Source: Tolypothrix sp. VBCCA 56010 (GTDB taxonomy: Bacteria; Cyanobacteriota; Cyanobacteriia; Cyanobacteriales; Nostocaceae). Taken from it: DNA of 64,000 nt. The stretch covers positions 49,729-113,728 of the forward strand of contig NZ_JBPAOH010000006.1 of NCBI RefSeq assembly GCF_050875635.1, in the 5' to 3' direction. A program made the translations under genes and the position numbers. Every line of letters begins with the position of its first letter. The stretch's first letter is position 1. Below, one piece after another: positions 10,696 through 20,599 of the stretch. The notes below the pieces were generated by a model, which was not told the DNA's origin, did not search any database, and saw only the letters and a program-made list of their open reading frames with translations.

Positions 10696-12828
10696 TTAGG
10701 CATCAAGATCCATAGAACCCCGACGGCGACGACGACGTTTGTCAACAGGGGGGCTGTTAGCTTCAGTTTCATCGACAATCGCGGCAAAACCCGATGGTTG
10801 AGTTACATTCTCAGTAAACAATTCCGGTTGTGGTTGTGGTTCTGGTTGTGGTTGTGGTTCTACTTTTGGCTCAACCTTCTTAATTGGAGTTAGTCCAATA
10901 TTTACTCTTTCGGGAATATTTACTCTTTCCGGAGCAGTTGATTCGGAAGTACTTACTCTTTCGGGAGTGCTGACTTCTGAGGTAAATTCAGGCGGTGTAG
11001 TTGGAGTTTGTCCTGGTGGAGTGACGTTAATAATCACAGACTTGGGATTTTTGACTTCCCGATTCAAGCGCACCAAAGGAGAAATTCCCATTAAAGCGAA
11101 AACATCCTGCTCTTGTGGTGTCATTTCTACAGAAACAATTTCCGGTGGTTCTACCACTGGTTTAACTGGCTCTGCCTTAGTAATTTTTATCCGCTCTGTT
11201 CTATCAGTCCAAGGAGCTTTGTTAATACTGGGTAAGGATATTTCTGGAGTTCCTGGTGGTTCCGGTTCGCTATCAATTTCTAAGTCTGGGTCGTTGACAA
11301 AAGACAGCGGATTGGCGATAACTCGTGGCTCTTCTTTGCCGTTGCCTCCATTTATACTAATTCGACGACGCCTGCGAACACCACCACCACGCTTGTTATC
11401 TCCTATCTCTTGATAGCTGGGATGATTTAGATTCATCGGATTCAATTCCGAGTCAGTATCTAATCCTTCATTAAATCCTTCATAGCTTTCCCGTCGTTCT
11501 GTTATGCTGGTTGCTGGTAAACGCGGTTCTCTATGCGGCATAGATACAAAACGCTCTGGTAATTCTGCTGGTGTTGGTAATCTGTTTTCAGTTTCTCCCG
11601 GCAGATGTATTATATGCCCTAAACCGCCACAGGTAGGACAAGTTTGACCAAACAATTCGTAGATGTTTTGCCCTTGACGTTTGCGGGTAAGTTCTACTAA
11701 GCCTAGTTCGGTTAGTTGAGCAATTTGAGGACGAGCTTTGTCTGCTTTGAGAGCTTTGTTAAAATGTTCTAAGACTTGCAATTGATCGCGGCGCGATTCC
11801 ATATCGATAAAATCGACGACTATCACCCCAGCAACATTTCGCAGACGTAGCTGGCGAGCAATTTCGGTTGCGGCTTCGCAGTTCGTCCACAAAACGGTTT
11901 CTCTAGCTGTTGCCGATCGCGTAAATGAACCTGAGTTGACATCTATCACCGTTAATGCTTCGGTTGGCTCGATGATGATGTAACCTCCAGAAGGCAAATC
12001 TACTCTTGGTTTGAGTGCTTCGCGAATTGCGGCATTAATCCGGAAGTATTCTAATATTCCAGAGCGATCGCGGTGATGGTCAATCAACAATCCTTGTGGT
12101 GTCTGCCCACCACTCCAATTTTGCAAGTACTGCTTTACTCGCTTCAAACCAGTACTCGAATCTACCACAATCCGATTGACATCCGCGCCATACATATCTC
12201 GCAGCACGCGCTGAATAAAATCATCGTCTCGATTCAGTAGTGCTGGTGCGCGGGTAGATTGAGCTTCTTGTTGAATTGCTTCCCACTGCTTTTGCAGCAC
12301 TTCTAAATCTTCGATAATCGCTTCTTCTGGCTTGCCTTCGGCTTCGGTGCGAACTAACAAACCCATTCCGGCAGGTTTAATCAAAATCGCCAGTGCCCGC
12401 AAGCGGTTGCGCTCGCTTTCACTTTTAATCCGACGGGATAAATTTACGCCTCGTCCATAAGGCATCAGCACTACATACCGTCCGGGCATGGTGATATTAC
12501 CTGTGAGCCTCGGTCCTTTAGTACCTGTTGGCTCTTTCATTACTTGCACTAACACTTTTTGCTGCGGTGTCAGTAGTTCTGTAATTGCCGCTGCGGTACG
12601 CTTCAGCTTTAATGGTCCTAAATCTGTTACATGAATAAAGCCGTTTCGCTCTGGATCTCCTATATTAACAAAAGCCGCATCTATCCCAGGTAATACATTT
12701 TCTACGACCCCTAAATAAATATCACCTATTTGGTGATGACCGGTGGCTACTACTAGTTCTTGTATTTGATCTTCGGAAAATACCGCAGCAATCTGATGCT
12801 GTTCCGCGATTATAATTTGTTTTGGCAT
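10696..12828 (-). CDS. rne: Ribonuclease E
   Basis: 710 aa. It has an N-terminal S1/catalytic core and the CPTCGG zinc link. The C-terminal tail carries PQPQPEPQPQPE repeats and an Arg-rich RRRRRRGS end, which is the cyanobacterial PNPase-binding motif. Confidence 0.92.
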   Translation of the reverse strand: MPKQIIIAEQHQIAAVFSEDQIQELVVATGHHQIGDIYLGVVENVLPGIDAAFVNIGDPERNGFIHVTDLGPLKLKRTAAAITELLTPQQKVLVQVMKEPTGTKGPRLTGNITMPGRYVVLMPYGRGVNLSRRIKSESERNRLRALAILIKPAGMGLLVRTEAEGKPEEAIIEDLEVLQKQWEAIQQEAQSTRAPALLNRDDDFIQRVLRDMYGADVNRIVVDSSTGLKRVKQYLQNWSGGQTPQGLLIDHHRDRSGILEYFRINAAIREALKPRVDLPSGGYIIIEPTEALTVIDVNSGSFTRSATARETVLWTNCEAATEIARQLRLRNVAGVIVVDFIDMESRRDQLQVLEHFNKALKADKARPQIAQLTELGLVELTRKRQGQNIYELFGQTCPTCGGLGHIIHLPGETENRLPTPAELPERFVSMPHREPRLPATSITERRESYEGFNEGLDTDSELNPMNLNHPSYQEIGDNKRGGGVRRRRRISINGGNGKEEPRVIANPLSFVNDPDLEIDSEPEPPGTPEISLPSINKAPWTDRTERIKITKAEPVKPVVEPPEIVSVEMTPQEQDVFALMGISPLVRLNREVKNPKSVIINVTPPGQTPTTPPEFTSEVSTPERVSTSESTAPERVNIPERVNIGLTPIKKVEPKVEPQPQPEPQPQPELFTENVTQPSGFAAIVDETEANSPPVDKRRRRRRGSMDLDA

Positions 12829-13384
12829 TCAATTTCCTCGAAAATTGGCAGCACAAATAGTTCTGGAGTCGGGTTATACCTCTCGCCTCTGCCAGCCCAA
12901 AAATGCGCTGCTGATAATAAATATTGCGAATTTCGGCTCAAAGTTAAAGAGCGATTGACTAGGGAGTTGCGTTTACACGCCTGATTATTCCAGAACGAAT
13001 GCATATTGTTGTAAGCAATTAAATCAACCGTCCGTGGTTGATTTTTGATGCATCGCCATTACCACCTGGGGATTAGGCATTCAGCAATTGTTTGAAAAAG
13101 CATAGAGTCATTGCTGACAAAGGCTGTTATTGATTGCTGATTCGACCGCGAATAGCTATAAAAGAGTGTGTTCTTTAATCTGCCTCAGCAAGTCTAGGAT
13201 AAAATCCTAGAAGTTGCACTTCTTTTATCTTCGGTTTCGCCCCCGGATTATCAGGGTAGTGAACCAGATCGCTCAATGCAGCGCCAGAAATTCTCTTCAT
13301 CTAATTCTAACGCAACCTTGCTAAAAATCAATTCCCACGATCTACTGTTTGAGGACAACTACTAGCAAGTTGCCCTCATAGGGA

Positions 13385-16102
13385 TTATACTCCCAGAATT
13401 AGTCGATTTCGGTGGATGTGCAGCAATTGAAATTCTACATTCGCCACTTGTTCTAGCATAAACAGGATTTGTTCAGGACGCAACAGCGTACCATCATTCC
13501 GACAGCTACCCACATAACGCAGGATACCTGTAGATTCTGCGAGTTGCGTTTTAGTTTCTAATAATTCTATATCGAATAGGCGATCGCGCAGATTTATCAC
13601 ATGAGTCTTGCCTGACTTAGTTTTTTGCTCGTACCAAATCTCATCTGTTGTTTTGATTGTATCAATTGATTCTTGCCATTTGGCCGATGGCATCTCTTCC
13701 AATGCAGCCACGGTAATCAAATACTCCGCAGCCTCCAAAAGTTGGGTAGCAGCACTTGCTTTTAAATCTAGTTCTTCCACATTATATATTGGTATGTCTG
13801 TGGGTAAAGCATCAGCTAACTGTTGGCGGAAAGCCTCTACTTCAACTACTTGATTTAACTCAAAATCGACAATTTCACCACTACTGCTAGCTCCCAATGC
13901 CAAGGCATTTGCTAAAGAAATGCGTGGCATCGGATGAAAACCACCAGTAAAAGAAATCGGCAATCCCGCACGTCGCAAGGCTCTATCAAACAAACGAAGT
14001 AAATCCAAGTGACTTACTAAAGCCATATCACCCTGCTTGCCAAACCGAACCCGCAGCCGTTGTGCCTTAGTGGTGTTGGGAACAAACTCCCCAGCAAATT
14101 CCGGGATTTGCAGTGGAGCTATTACAATATTATGTCCGAAATCGGTGCCGCAAACACCACAATGAGAACAACCATCAAAAGAACAGTCAGGGACGGTTGC
14201 TGCTGACAAAGCGCGTTGCAAATCTTCCTTCAGCCACTTTTTGTCAATTCCCGTGTCGATGTGGTCCCAAGGTAGGGGGGTGTCGAGGGAGTGGGGGAGG
14301 GGGAGAGGGGGGGAGGGGGGGGACAAGGGAGACAAGGGAGAGGGGGGAGATGAGGGAGATGAGGAAGCAGATTCTCCCTTGTCCTCCTTGTCCTCCAAGG
14401 AGTCCCCCTTGTCCTCCTTGTCCTCCAAGGAGTCCCCAAACAAATTCCATTCGCCATTTTCGATTTGGCGGTATTTCCAATTTAGACCGACTTGGGCGAT
14501 CGCAATTCCCCAAGCTTGATAAGCTTGCTCTACATTGTCATACCAGGAATCCATTCCTGCACCCAATTCCCAAGCACGACGCACTACTTTGGATAAAGTG
14601 CGATCGCCTCGTCCAATAAAGTCCTCCATTGCCGAAATTCGCACATCGGTGAAGTTCACCTTTACTGCTTTCATTCGGCGAAATTCTTGGCGTAGTAAAT
14701 TTTGCTTGCGCTTAAATTCAGCAGTAGAAACTGAATGCCATTGAAACGGCGTATGCGGCTTAGGGGTAAAGTTAGAAATTGTCAAGTTAAAATTTAAAGT
14801 TTTTCTCCCCTTAGCCCAACATTCTCGCTTTAGCCAGCTTACTGTTTCCGCTATGCCTATAACATCGGCATCGGTTTCACCCGGTAAGCCAATCATAAAG
14901 TATAACTTGATTTTATCCCAACCTTGCTCGCTCGCTGTTTTTACACCGCGCAGCAATTCTTCATTTGTCAAACCTTTATTTACAATATCCCGCATTCGCT
15001 GGGTTCCCGCTTCTGGGGCAAAGGTTAGACCACCTTGGCGGGTACCACCTAAGATGTTGGCGATATTTTCATCAAATCTGTCTACTCGTTGACTTGGTAG
15101 AGTTAAAGAAATATTCTCATTTTTTAAACGGTTTTTGATTTCCATCCCTACTGCTGGCAGGGACAAATAATCGGAACAACTCAAGGATAAAAGAGAAAAC
15201 TCATTATAACCAGTTTCCCGCATTCCCTTGGTTATTGCTTCTACCACTTTTTCTGGTTCTACATCCCGTGCTGGTCGGGTAAGCATTCCGGGTTGACAAA
15301 AGCGACAACCGCGAGTACAACCGCGCCGAATTTCAATTGTTAGGCGATCGTGTACTGTTTCCATATAAGGAACCAGCCCGGTAGAATATGCGGGTATGGG
15401 AGTCGCTACTCTTCGCAAAATTCGTTTTGGCACATCTGGGCGCGAAGGATGAACTGAGCCATCCTCTGCCATATTGTAAAATTGGGGTACGTATACGCCA
15501 GGTATCTGCGCCAAGTCTAGCAATAACTCTTGTCGGCTTAAGCCAGATGCTTTACCTTCTGCCAACACCAAGTTAATTTCTGGTAGTAATTCCTCGCCAT
15601 CGCCCAGGGCAATAAAATCGAAGAAATCGGCGTAAGGTTCCGGATTCGATGTTGCCGTTTGTCCCCCGGCGAAAATTAAAGGATAATTTCCCTCTAATCT
15701 TTCAAGCCATGTGAGGGGAATCCCAGCCAAATCCAACATTTCTAGGATATTGGTTGCACCCAGTTCATAACTGAGGCTAAAACCAAGAATGTCGAATTCA
15801 GTTAGCGATCGCTTTGATTCTACTGCAAACAGCGGTGTATGCGTTGCCCGTAGTTTAGCTGCCAGGTCTGGTGCTGGTAGGTAAGCGCGATCGCATAACG
15901 AGCGCGGCTGGGCATTCAAAATGTTATAGAGAATGATATGCCCTAAGTTAGATGCGCCGACTTCATATACTTCTGGATAAGTTAATACCCAACGTGTTGT
16001 CGCCGTATCCCAAGGTTTATGTACTGCACCCAGTTCGTTACCGAGATAACGAGCTGGCTTTAAAATATCCGATGTAATTAAATTTTCAACTGGAACAGCC
16101 AC
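13385..16102 (-). CDS. Fused radical SAM/B12-binding protein (TIGR03960-like) with a C-terminal DUF2344-like domain; carries an in-frame low-complexity insertion
   Basis: 905 aa. It has a CxxxCxxC-type radical SAM region (CTRGCRFC) and a C-terminal domain (LVSHLDLLRLFDRALRRAG) resembling DUF2344. The linker DSLEDKEDKGDSLEDKEDKG...SPPSPLSPLSPPSPP is encoded by a G-rich repeat element. Confidence 0.8.
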   Translation of the reverse strand: MAVPVENLITSDILKPARYLGNELGAVHKPWDTATTRWVLTYPEVYEVGASNLGHIILYNILNAQPRSLCDRAYLPAPDLAAKLRATHTPLFAVESKRSLTEFDILGFSLSYELGATNILEMLDLAGIPLTWLERLEGNYPLIFAGGQTATSNPEPYADFFDFIALGDGEELLPEINLVLAEGKASGLSRQELLLDLAQIPGVYVPQFYNMAEDGSVHPSRPDVPKRILRRVATPIPAYSTGLVPYMETVHDRLTIEIRRGCTRGCRFCQPGMLTRPARDVEPEKVVEAITKGMRETGYNEFSLLSLSCSDYLSLPAVGMEIKNRLKNENISLTLPSQRVDRFDENIANILGGTRQGGLTFAPEAGTQRMRDIVNKGLTNEELLRGVKTASEQGWDKIKLYFMIGLPGETDADVIGIAETVSWLKRECWAKGRKTLNFNLTISNFTPKPHTPFQWHSVSTAEFKRKQNLLRQEFRRMKAVKVNFTDVRISAMEDFIGRGDRTLSKVVRRAWELGAGMDSWYDNVEQAYQAWGIAIAQVGLNWKYRQIENGEWNLFGDSLEDKEDKGDSLEDKEDKGESASSSPSSPPSPLSPLSPPSPPLPLPHSLDTPLPWDHIDTGIDKKWLKEDLQRALSAATVPDCSFDGCSHCGVCGTDFGHNIVIAPLQIPEFAGEFVPNTTKAQRLRVRFGKQGDMALVSHLDLLRLFDRALRRAGLPISFTGGFHPMPRISLANALALGASSSGEIVDFELNQVVEVEAFRQQLADALPTDIPIYNVEELDLKASAATQLLEAAEYLITVAALEEMPSAKWQESIDTIKTTDEIWYEQKTKSGKTHVINLRDRLFDIELLETKTQLAESTGILRYVGSCRNDGTLLRPEQILFMLEQVANVEFQLLHIHRNRLILGV
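14272..14447. repeat. G-rich/C-rich palindromic repeat element (GGGGAGn, GACAAGG units) lying inside the radical SAM coding sequence
   Basis: It belongs to the same family as the elements at 25493, 30277 and 49287. The reading frame is maintained through it. Confidence 0.75.
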
Positions 16103-16608
16103 TGTGCTATCTTCTAGCTACTTAAATTCTTATGATGCTACACAAAACTTGGTTAAACTTATCTAAGCCTTACCATTCAATCAAGATTGCTCCTGAAGGG
16201 TCTGCTTCCTGTTTCACCCAAGGGAGTCGGCTCCTTCTTGTCCACAGGCGTAAATTCGGGTGTAGCCCACCCTAATCAAGATTAAATATGGTTGTTGAGC
16301 CACGTCGAAGCACTGGTTGAAGCTTTTAGCCATGAGTCACCCACTATTTTCAACCAATTTAACGAAACGTGGACTTCCCGTTCGACCTTGTAACAGGCTG
16401 GTCAGTTTTGACAGAACTGCGGTTTACAAACCGAATAATTAAGCCTTGATTTTCGGCATTAAGGCGATTATACCACCGATCGTACTTCAGCTGAATGACG
16501 ATTTGGCGTGATAATTTTGGTCAATAATTTTACGATTAAGTCTAGCTCTCACCTCCAACCTTAGCATTGATTAGGTTTGTCAACATCGCTTGAAATAAAT
16601 TAAAACTT

Positions 16609-16644
16609 TAGAAACCCGGTTTCGCAGGAGTTACCGGGTTTCTA
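16609..16644 (-). terminator. Rho-independent terminator for the STAS gene (GAAACCCGGT...ACCGGGTTTC, then a T-rich run on the minus strand)
   Basis: A 10-bp perfect inverted repeat located just 3' of the minus-strand gene ending at 16677. Confidence 0.5.
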
Positions 16645-16676
16645 GGCATCAAATCATATATGATTGCTATATGTTG

Positions 16677-17006
16677 TCAGACTGCTGGCAACTGTGCCGT
16701 ACCTTCAATTATTTCAAAAACTTCATCAAGTTGCGTTAATTCAAATATAATTTTTATTGCCGGTGATACAGCGCAAAGGCTAAAACGCCGTCCTAAACTT
16801 TGAGCTAGCTTCAGCGCGGAAACTAAAGCCATCAAACCGGCGCTGTCTAAAGATTCTACTGCTGCCAAATCTACAACCAAGATAGAAATATCATTTTGCG
16901 TCAAGGCTGCTGTCAAGTCTCGCTCAAATTCTAAGGCGTTTGCGGCATTTAAACAGCTTTGGGGACGAAAAACAGCAATTTTTGCAGATTCTAGTACGGC
17001 TTGCAT
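16677..17006 (-). CDS. STAS-domain anti-sigma-factor antagonist
   Basis: 109 aa. It has a SpoIIAA-like fold signature (SLDSAGLMALV) around the phosphorylatable Ser. Confidence 0.8.
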   Translation of the reverse strand: MQAVLESAKIAVFRPQSCLNAANALEFERDLTAALTQNDISILVVDLAAVESLDSAGLMALVSALKLAQSLGRRFSLCAVSPAIKIIFELTQLDEVFEIIEGTAQLPAV

Positions 17007-17431
17007 TTTAGATCCTATTAAAATTATTCAACTGTAAAGATAGATGTATTTGACCATAATCTCTTTTCTCTTACATCGACCATTCGTATTACGTCTCTTT
17101 GCAGAATCTTTATTACCAGAGCCTATATATTTAAAGATTTTCATAACTGTCTAAAAAACAGTATTTAAATATACAAAATTTTTCCTTTACTTAAAAAACA
17201 ATCAATATATACAACCCTAGGGTAGATGACTCATCTGTGGTTATGTCTATATACCTTTGTCAACCAATGAGTCAAGCTGATTGAAGCAAGATTCAAGTAT
17301 CTCTGTGTGTCTCTCTTCCCATTGGCAGATGCCTGATTAATGGCAAATTATCTAACCGATAATATTGTGATTTAGATCACAGGTATATATAGATCTGGAT
17401 CACTCTCTATACCAGACAATACCTTGGATAA

Positions 17432-17656
17432 TTGGTAACAATTGTAATTGCTTTATTGTATATGAGAACTCAGTACGCTATTCGTCAATTAGTAGAAAGA
17501 GCGCTTTTTATTAAAAAATTAACTCCAGAAATTGAAAACGAAATCAATTCAGAATTGACTCAAATGGGTTACATTTCTGATGTTGATTATGAAGCTTTAG
17601 AACTCTTAATGGCAGAGATGGATGCAGGTAGAATTAAGTTGGTTTCTAGCCTTTAA
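17432..17656 (+). CDS. Hypothetical small protein
   Basis: This is an ORF only and I recognise no domain. It lies in an AT-rich intergenic context. Confidence 0.2.
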   Translation: MVTIVIALLYMRTQYAIRQLVERALFIKKLTPEIENEINSELTQMGYISDVDYEALELLMAEMDAGRIKLVSSL

Positions 17657-17932
17657 TCGTAATTTTGATTGAGAAGTTTAAATAATTGTTGAAGACATTA
17701 AGTTAATTTGCATTTTGTAACGAAATTACCAAATTTATAAATACTTTTGTAGTAGAAGCAGTGCAGGAATAGTGGCAATACCACTACTGGGATTTTTCTA
17801 CTAAGTAGACCTTTGGTTTTTTGGCATAACGATATTTTCATGATTTCAGTAGTTAATTGCCATGCATTCCTATTACTCGCTTCTAGGCGCACGCCCAAAG
17901 CAGAGAATTATACAACGCGATAAAAAATTCCT

Positions 17933-18292
17933 TTAGTCTTTATTTTCTGGTTTTTCTTTGTGCGCTTGCCAAAAAAAGTGCAAAAATTGATTGAGTTGCT
18001 GTTTAGCATCACAATCAAGCTCGTGTTTTGGTTCTTTGGCAAAAATTTGACTTAACAACGTAATAACTTCTGTGTCTAAGGCGGGTTGAAATAAATTTAT
18101 CGACCAAAGCAGGTCAGAAGCATCTCGCAGGTCAGTTATTATCGGCGGTTCTTCAATGAAAGCAACTAACATCAAAGGACGCACCCAGCACAACTGACGG
18201 GAAACGACAACTTGAATGACTTCTGCATACAGGCGTTTTGCGTCATGTTCTAAAGACACAATTTGTCCTGGCTGAAATTGGTTAATGTCCAT
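17933..18292 (-). CDS. Hypothetical protein
   Basis: A 119-aa ORF divergent from clpS. I recognise no domain. Confidence 0.4.
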   Translation of the reverse strand: MDINQFQPGQIVSLEHDAKRLYAEVIQVVVSRQLCWVRPLMLVAFIEEPPIITDLRDASDLLWSINLFQPALDTEVITLLSQIFAKEPKHELDCDAKQQLNQFLHFFWQAHKEKPENKD

Positions 18293-18558
18293 AATTAGGC
18301 GAGAAAGGTTGCGGCAACGATTCTATTGCTGCTTTCTTCATTTTAAGAGCACAGAAAGTGTGGTATCCTGGGAAGATGCTGCGAACCATGTGAATTATCA
18401 GGGTTGACGAAAAGTAGATGCAATTATCAAACCTAAGCAGCAAAAGTTTTTCATGAGCATTTATTTGCGTTTGTATAAGATAGAATAGGTAAATAACTGT
18501 TAAGCGATCGCGCTTGCAGACAATCTGTAGTAGATAAACCAGAAAAGAGCAAATAGCC

Positions 18559-18840
18559 GTGTCAGTCGAAACCATTGAGAAGCGTTCAACAACCCGTAAG
18601 CTTGCGCCTCGGTATCGCGTTTTGCTCCATAACGATGACTTCAACCCGATGGAGCATGTGGTGCAGGTGCTAATGACCACAGTGCCGAACCTCACCCAGC
18701 CCCAGGCTGTTAGTATTATGATGGAAGCTCATACGAATGGGCTAGCTTTAGTTATAACTTGCGCTCAGGAACACGCTGAATTCTATTGTGAAACCTTGAA
18801 AAATCACGGTTTGACTAGCACAATTGAACCTGACGAATAA
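18559..18840 (+). CDS. clpS: ATP-dependent Clp protease adaptor ClpS (GTG start)
   Basis: 93 aa. It has the conserved ClpS core (YRVLLHNDDFNPMEHVVQVL). Confidence 0.9.
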   Translation: MSVETIEKRSTTRKLAPRYRVLLHNDDFNPMEHVVQVLMTTVPNLTQPQAVSIMMEAHTNGLALVITCAQEHAEFYCETLKNHGLTSTIEPDE

Positions 18841-18860
18841 CAATCAACAGGCAAAGGTTT

Positions 18861-19697
18861 TTGAAAGTTAATTATCTTCGCGTGTCTCAATACCCTGCCC
18901 CTGTTCGGCTGGGTATATTTATTTTGGCATTGTTGTTGCTGTGGTTGCCTTTAGCTGCACCAATTCGCTTATTAGTGCAAGATGACAATTTAGTAACTAT
19001 TTTGACAATGCCATTGCTGTATGTAGAGTTTATCTTGCTACTGCGGCTTTGGGGCAAAAAACTTTACAAGCAACCTCAGATACTGAGACATTATGGTTTA
19101 GAAAGAACACCGCAAAATGCGATCGATTTGCTGCGTGGCTTGGCAATTGGGCTAATTAATATTTTGATTTTGTTTGGGCTAGAAGGATTGCTGGGTTGGC
19201 TGGTATGGCAAAAACCGAGTATTTTTTTACTGAGAGTTATTGTAGAGGGGTTGATTGTTGCCTTGGTTTATGGATTTGCCGAGGAGTTAATATTTCGCGG
19301 ATGGCTGTTTGATGAGTTGCAGCGCGATTACAATCTGCGTGTGGTAGTTTGGGCAACTGCGGTTATTTTTGCTGTCACCCACTTTATTAAACCACTGTCA
19401 GAAATTATTCGCACATCGCCGCAATTTTTCGGTTTACTGCTGCTGGCGTTATTTTTGGTGTGGGCAAAACGCTGGCGCAGAGGGCGTTTGGGCTTATCGA
19501 TAGGACTTCACGCTGGTTTAATTTGGGGTTATTACATTATCAATGTTGGGCAATTAACTAAATATTCTGGTGCGGTTCCGGATTGGGTTACAGGTGTGAA
19601 TCAAAATCCCTTAGCTGGGTTGATGGGGTTGGTGTTGTTGAGTGTGCTGGCTTTGTGGATGCAGAGGAAATCGAGAGCGATCGCTCTCATAAGATAA
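18861..19697 (+). CDS. CPBP-family (CAAX/Abi) intramembrane metalloprotease
   Basis: 278 aa and polytopic. It has the EELIFRGWL motif 1 and downstream His motifs. Confidence 0.8.
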   Translation: MKVNYLRVSQYPAPVRLGIFILALLLLWLPLAAPIRLLVQDDNLVTILTMPLLYVEFILLLRLWGKKLYKQPQILRHYGLERTPQNAIDLLRGLAIGLINILILFGLEGLLGWLVWQKPSIFLLRVIVEGLIVALVYGFAEELIFRGWLFDELQRDYNLRVVVWATAVIFAVTHFIKPLSEIIRTSPQFFGLLLLALFLVWAKRWRRGRLGLSIGLHAGLIWGYYIINVGQLTKYSGAVPDWVTGVNQNPLAGLMGLVLLSVLALWMQRKSRAIALIR

Positions 19698-20070
19698 TAA
19701 ACACAGCTACAAATTTACATGTCCTTCTCTACCCAAAGACAGATTCTGATTTACATTAAATCTTACGTGTAGCAAAAACCTTTCAGCAAACAGCCAGGAT
19801 GCTTATCACAAAGGCTTTTTACCACTTTGAATCTTCACTGATTGCCTGAGCAACTTGCATAGCAATTTACTCCCTTTAGCGTAGCTAAAAAAAGGATATT
19901 AGATATAATTGAAGCTTTTAATTCCTCCGATCGCATGAGGCGTTGAATTCGGGAATCGGTAATACTGACCTTGTAGAAGTTAAGTAAGCGGTTGCAAATC
20001 AAAGTATGTGTTTAGGATTTGTGCCAAATACTTATTAAATAGCTTCTAAAAATTTGGGAGGGAATTAACT

Positions 20071-20511
20071 ATGAGAATTCAATCTTTAGCTGCGGTAGCT
20101 TTATTAAGCGCAATATCTCTGGGTGCTTCCGTTCCCGCAAAAGCAGCAAACCCCGCTCATGTTCAGCGTTTGTTAAAAACCGGAGAATGTCTCAAGTGTG
20201 ATTTAAGCGGTGCAAACCTTAAAGGTGCTCACTTGATTGGTGCAGATTTGCGGAGTGCTAATTTGAAGGGTGCTAATTTACAAAATGCTAATTTAGAAGG
20301 TGCTGATTTAACTGGCGCGAATTTGAAGGGTGCTAATTTAAAACAAGCATTTGTAAATAGTACAACCTTAAATAATGCCGATCTCAGCAATGCTAATCTC
20401 AGCAATGCTAAATTGTATAGTGCCGAGTTAGAAGGCGCTACTTTAATAGGCGCTAATTTGAATGGTACTGATGTATTTAATACCAATATCGGCGTAGGTG
20501 GCGGTGAATAA
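20071..20511 (+). CDS. Secreted pentapeptide-repeat protein
   Basis: A signal peptide followed by consecutive A(D/N)LxG pentapeptide repeats. Confidence 0.85.
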   Translation: MRIQSLAAVALLSAISLGASVPAKAANPAHVQRLLKTGECLKCDLSGANLKGAHLIGADLRSANLKGANLQNANLEGADLTGANLKGANLKQAFVNSTTLNNADLSNANLSNAKLYSAELEGATLIGANLNGTDVFNTNIGVGGGE

Positions 20512-20540
20512 TGCTAATTTGGGTGATTAGCGACAACTTA

Positions 20541-20584
20541 AGAGTGATGAGTTAAGAATTCAATTCAACTCTTAACTCATCACT
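20541..20584. terminator. Bidirectional terminator hairpin between the convergent pentapeptide gene and pmbA
   Basis: GAGTGATGAGTTAAGA-loop-CTCTTAACTCATCACTC, a perfect 16-bp stem. Confidence 0.6.
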
Positions 20585-20599
20585 CCTAACTCCTAACTG

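Noticed and set aside
10967-11413. A 148-aa plus-strand ORF
   Set aside because: It is antisense to and entirely within rne, and its composition is Gly/Ser-rich and reflects the complementary strand of the RNase E tail.
14230-14519. Plus- and minus-strand ORFs encoding Gly/Pro/Glu-rich peptides inside the radical-SAM gene
   Set aside because: They are translations of the G-rich repeat element that overlap a long, well-supported CDS.
17040-17431. Palindromes GTGATTTAGATCAC / GATCTGGATCAC in the AT-rich region as a defined operator (NtcA- or Fur-type)
   Set aside because: They do not match the GTA-N8-TAC or Fur box consensus well enough. I cannot assign a regulator from the sequence alone.
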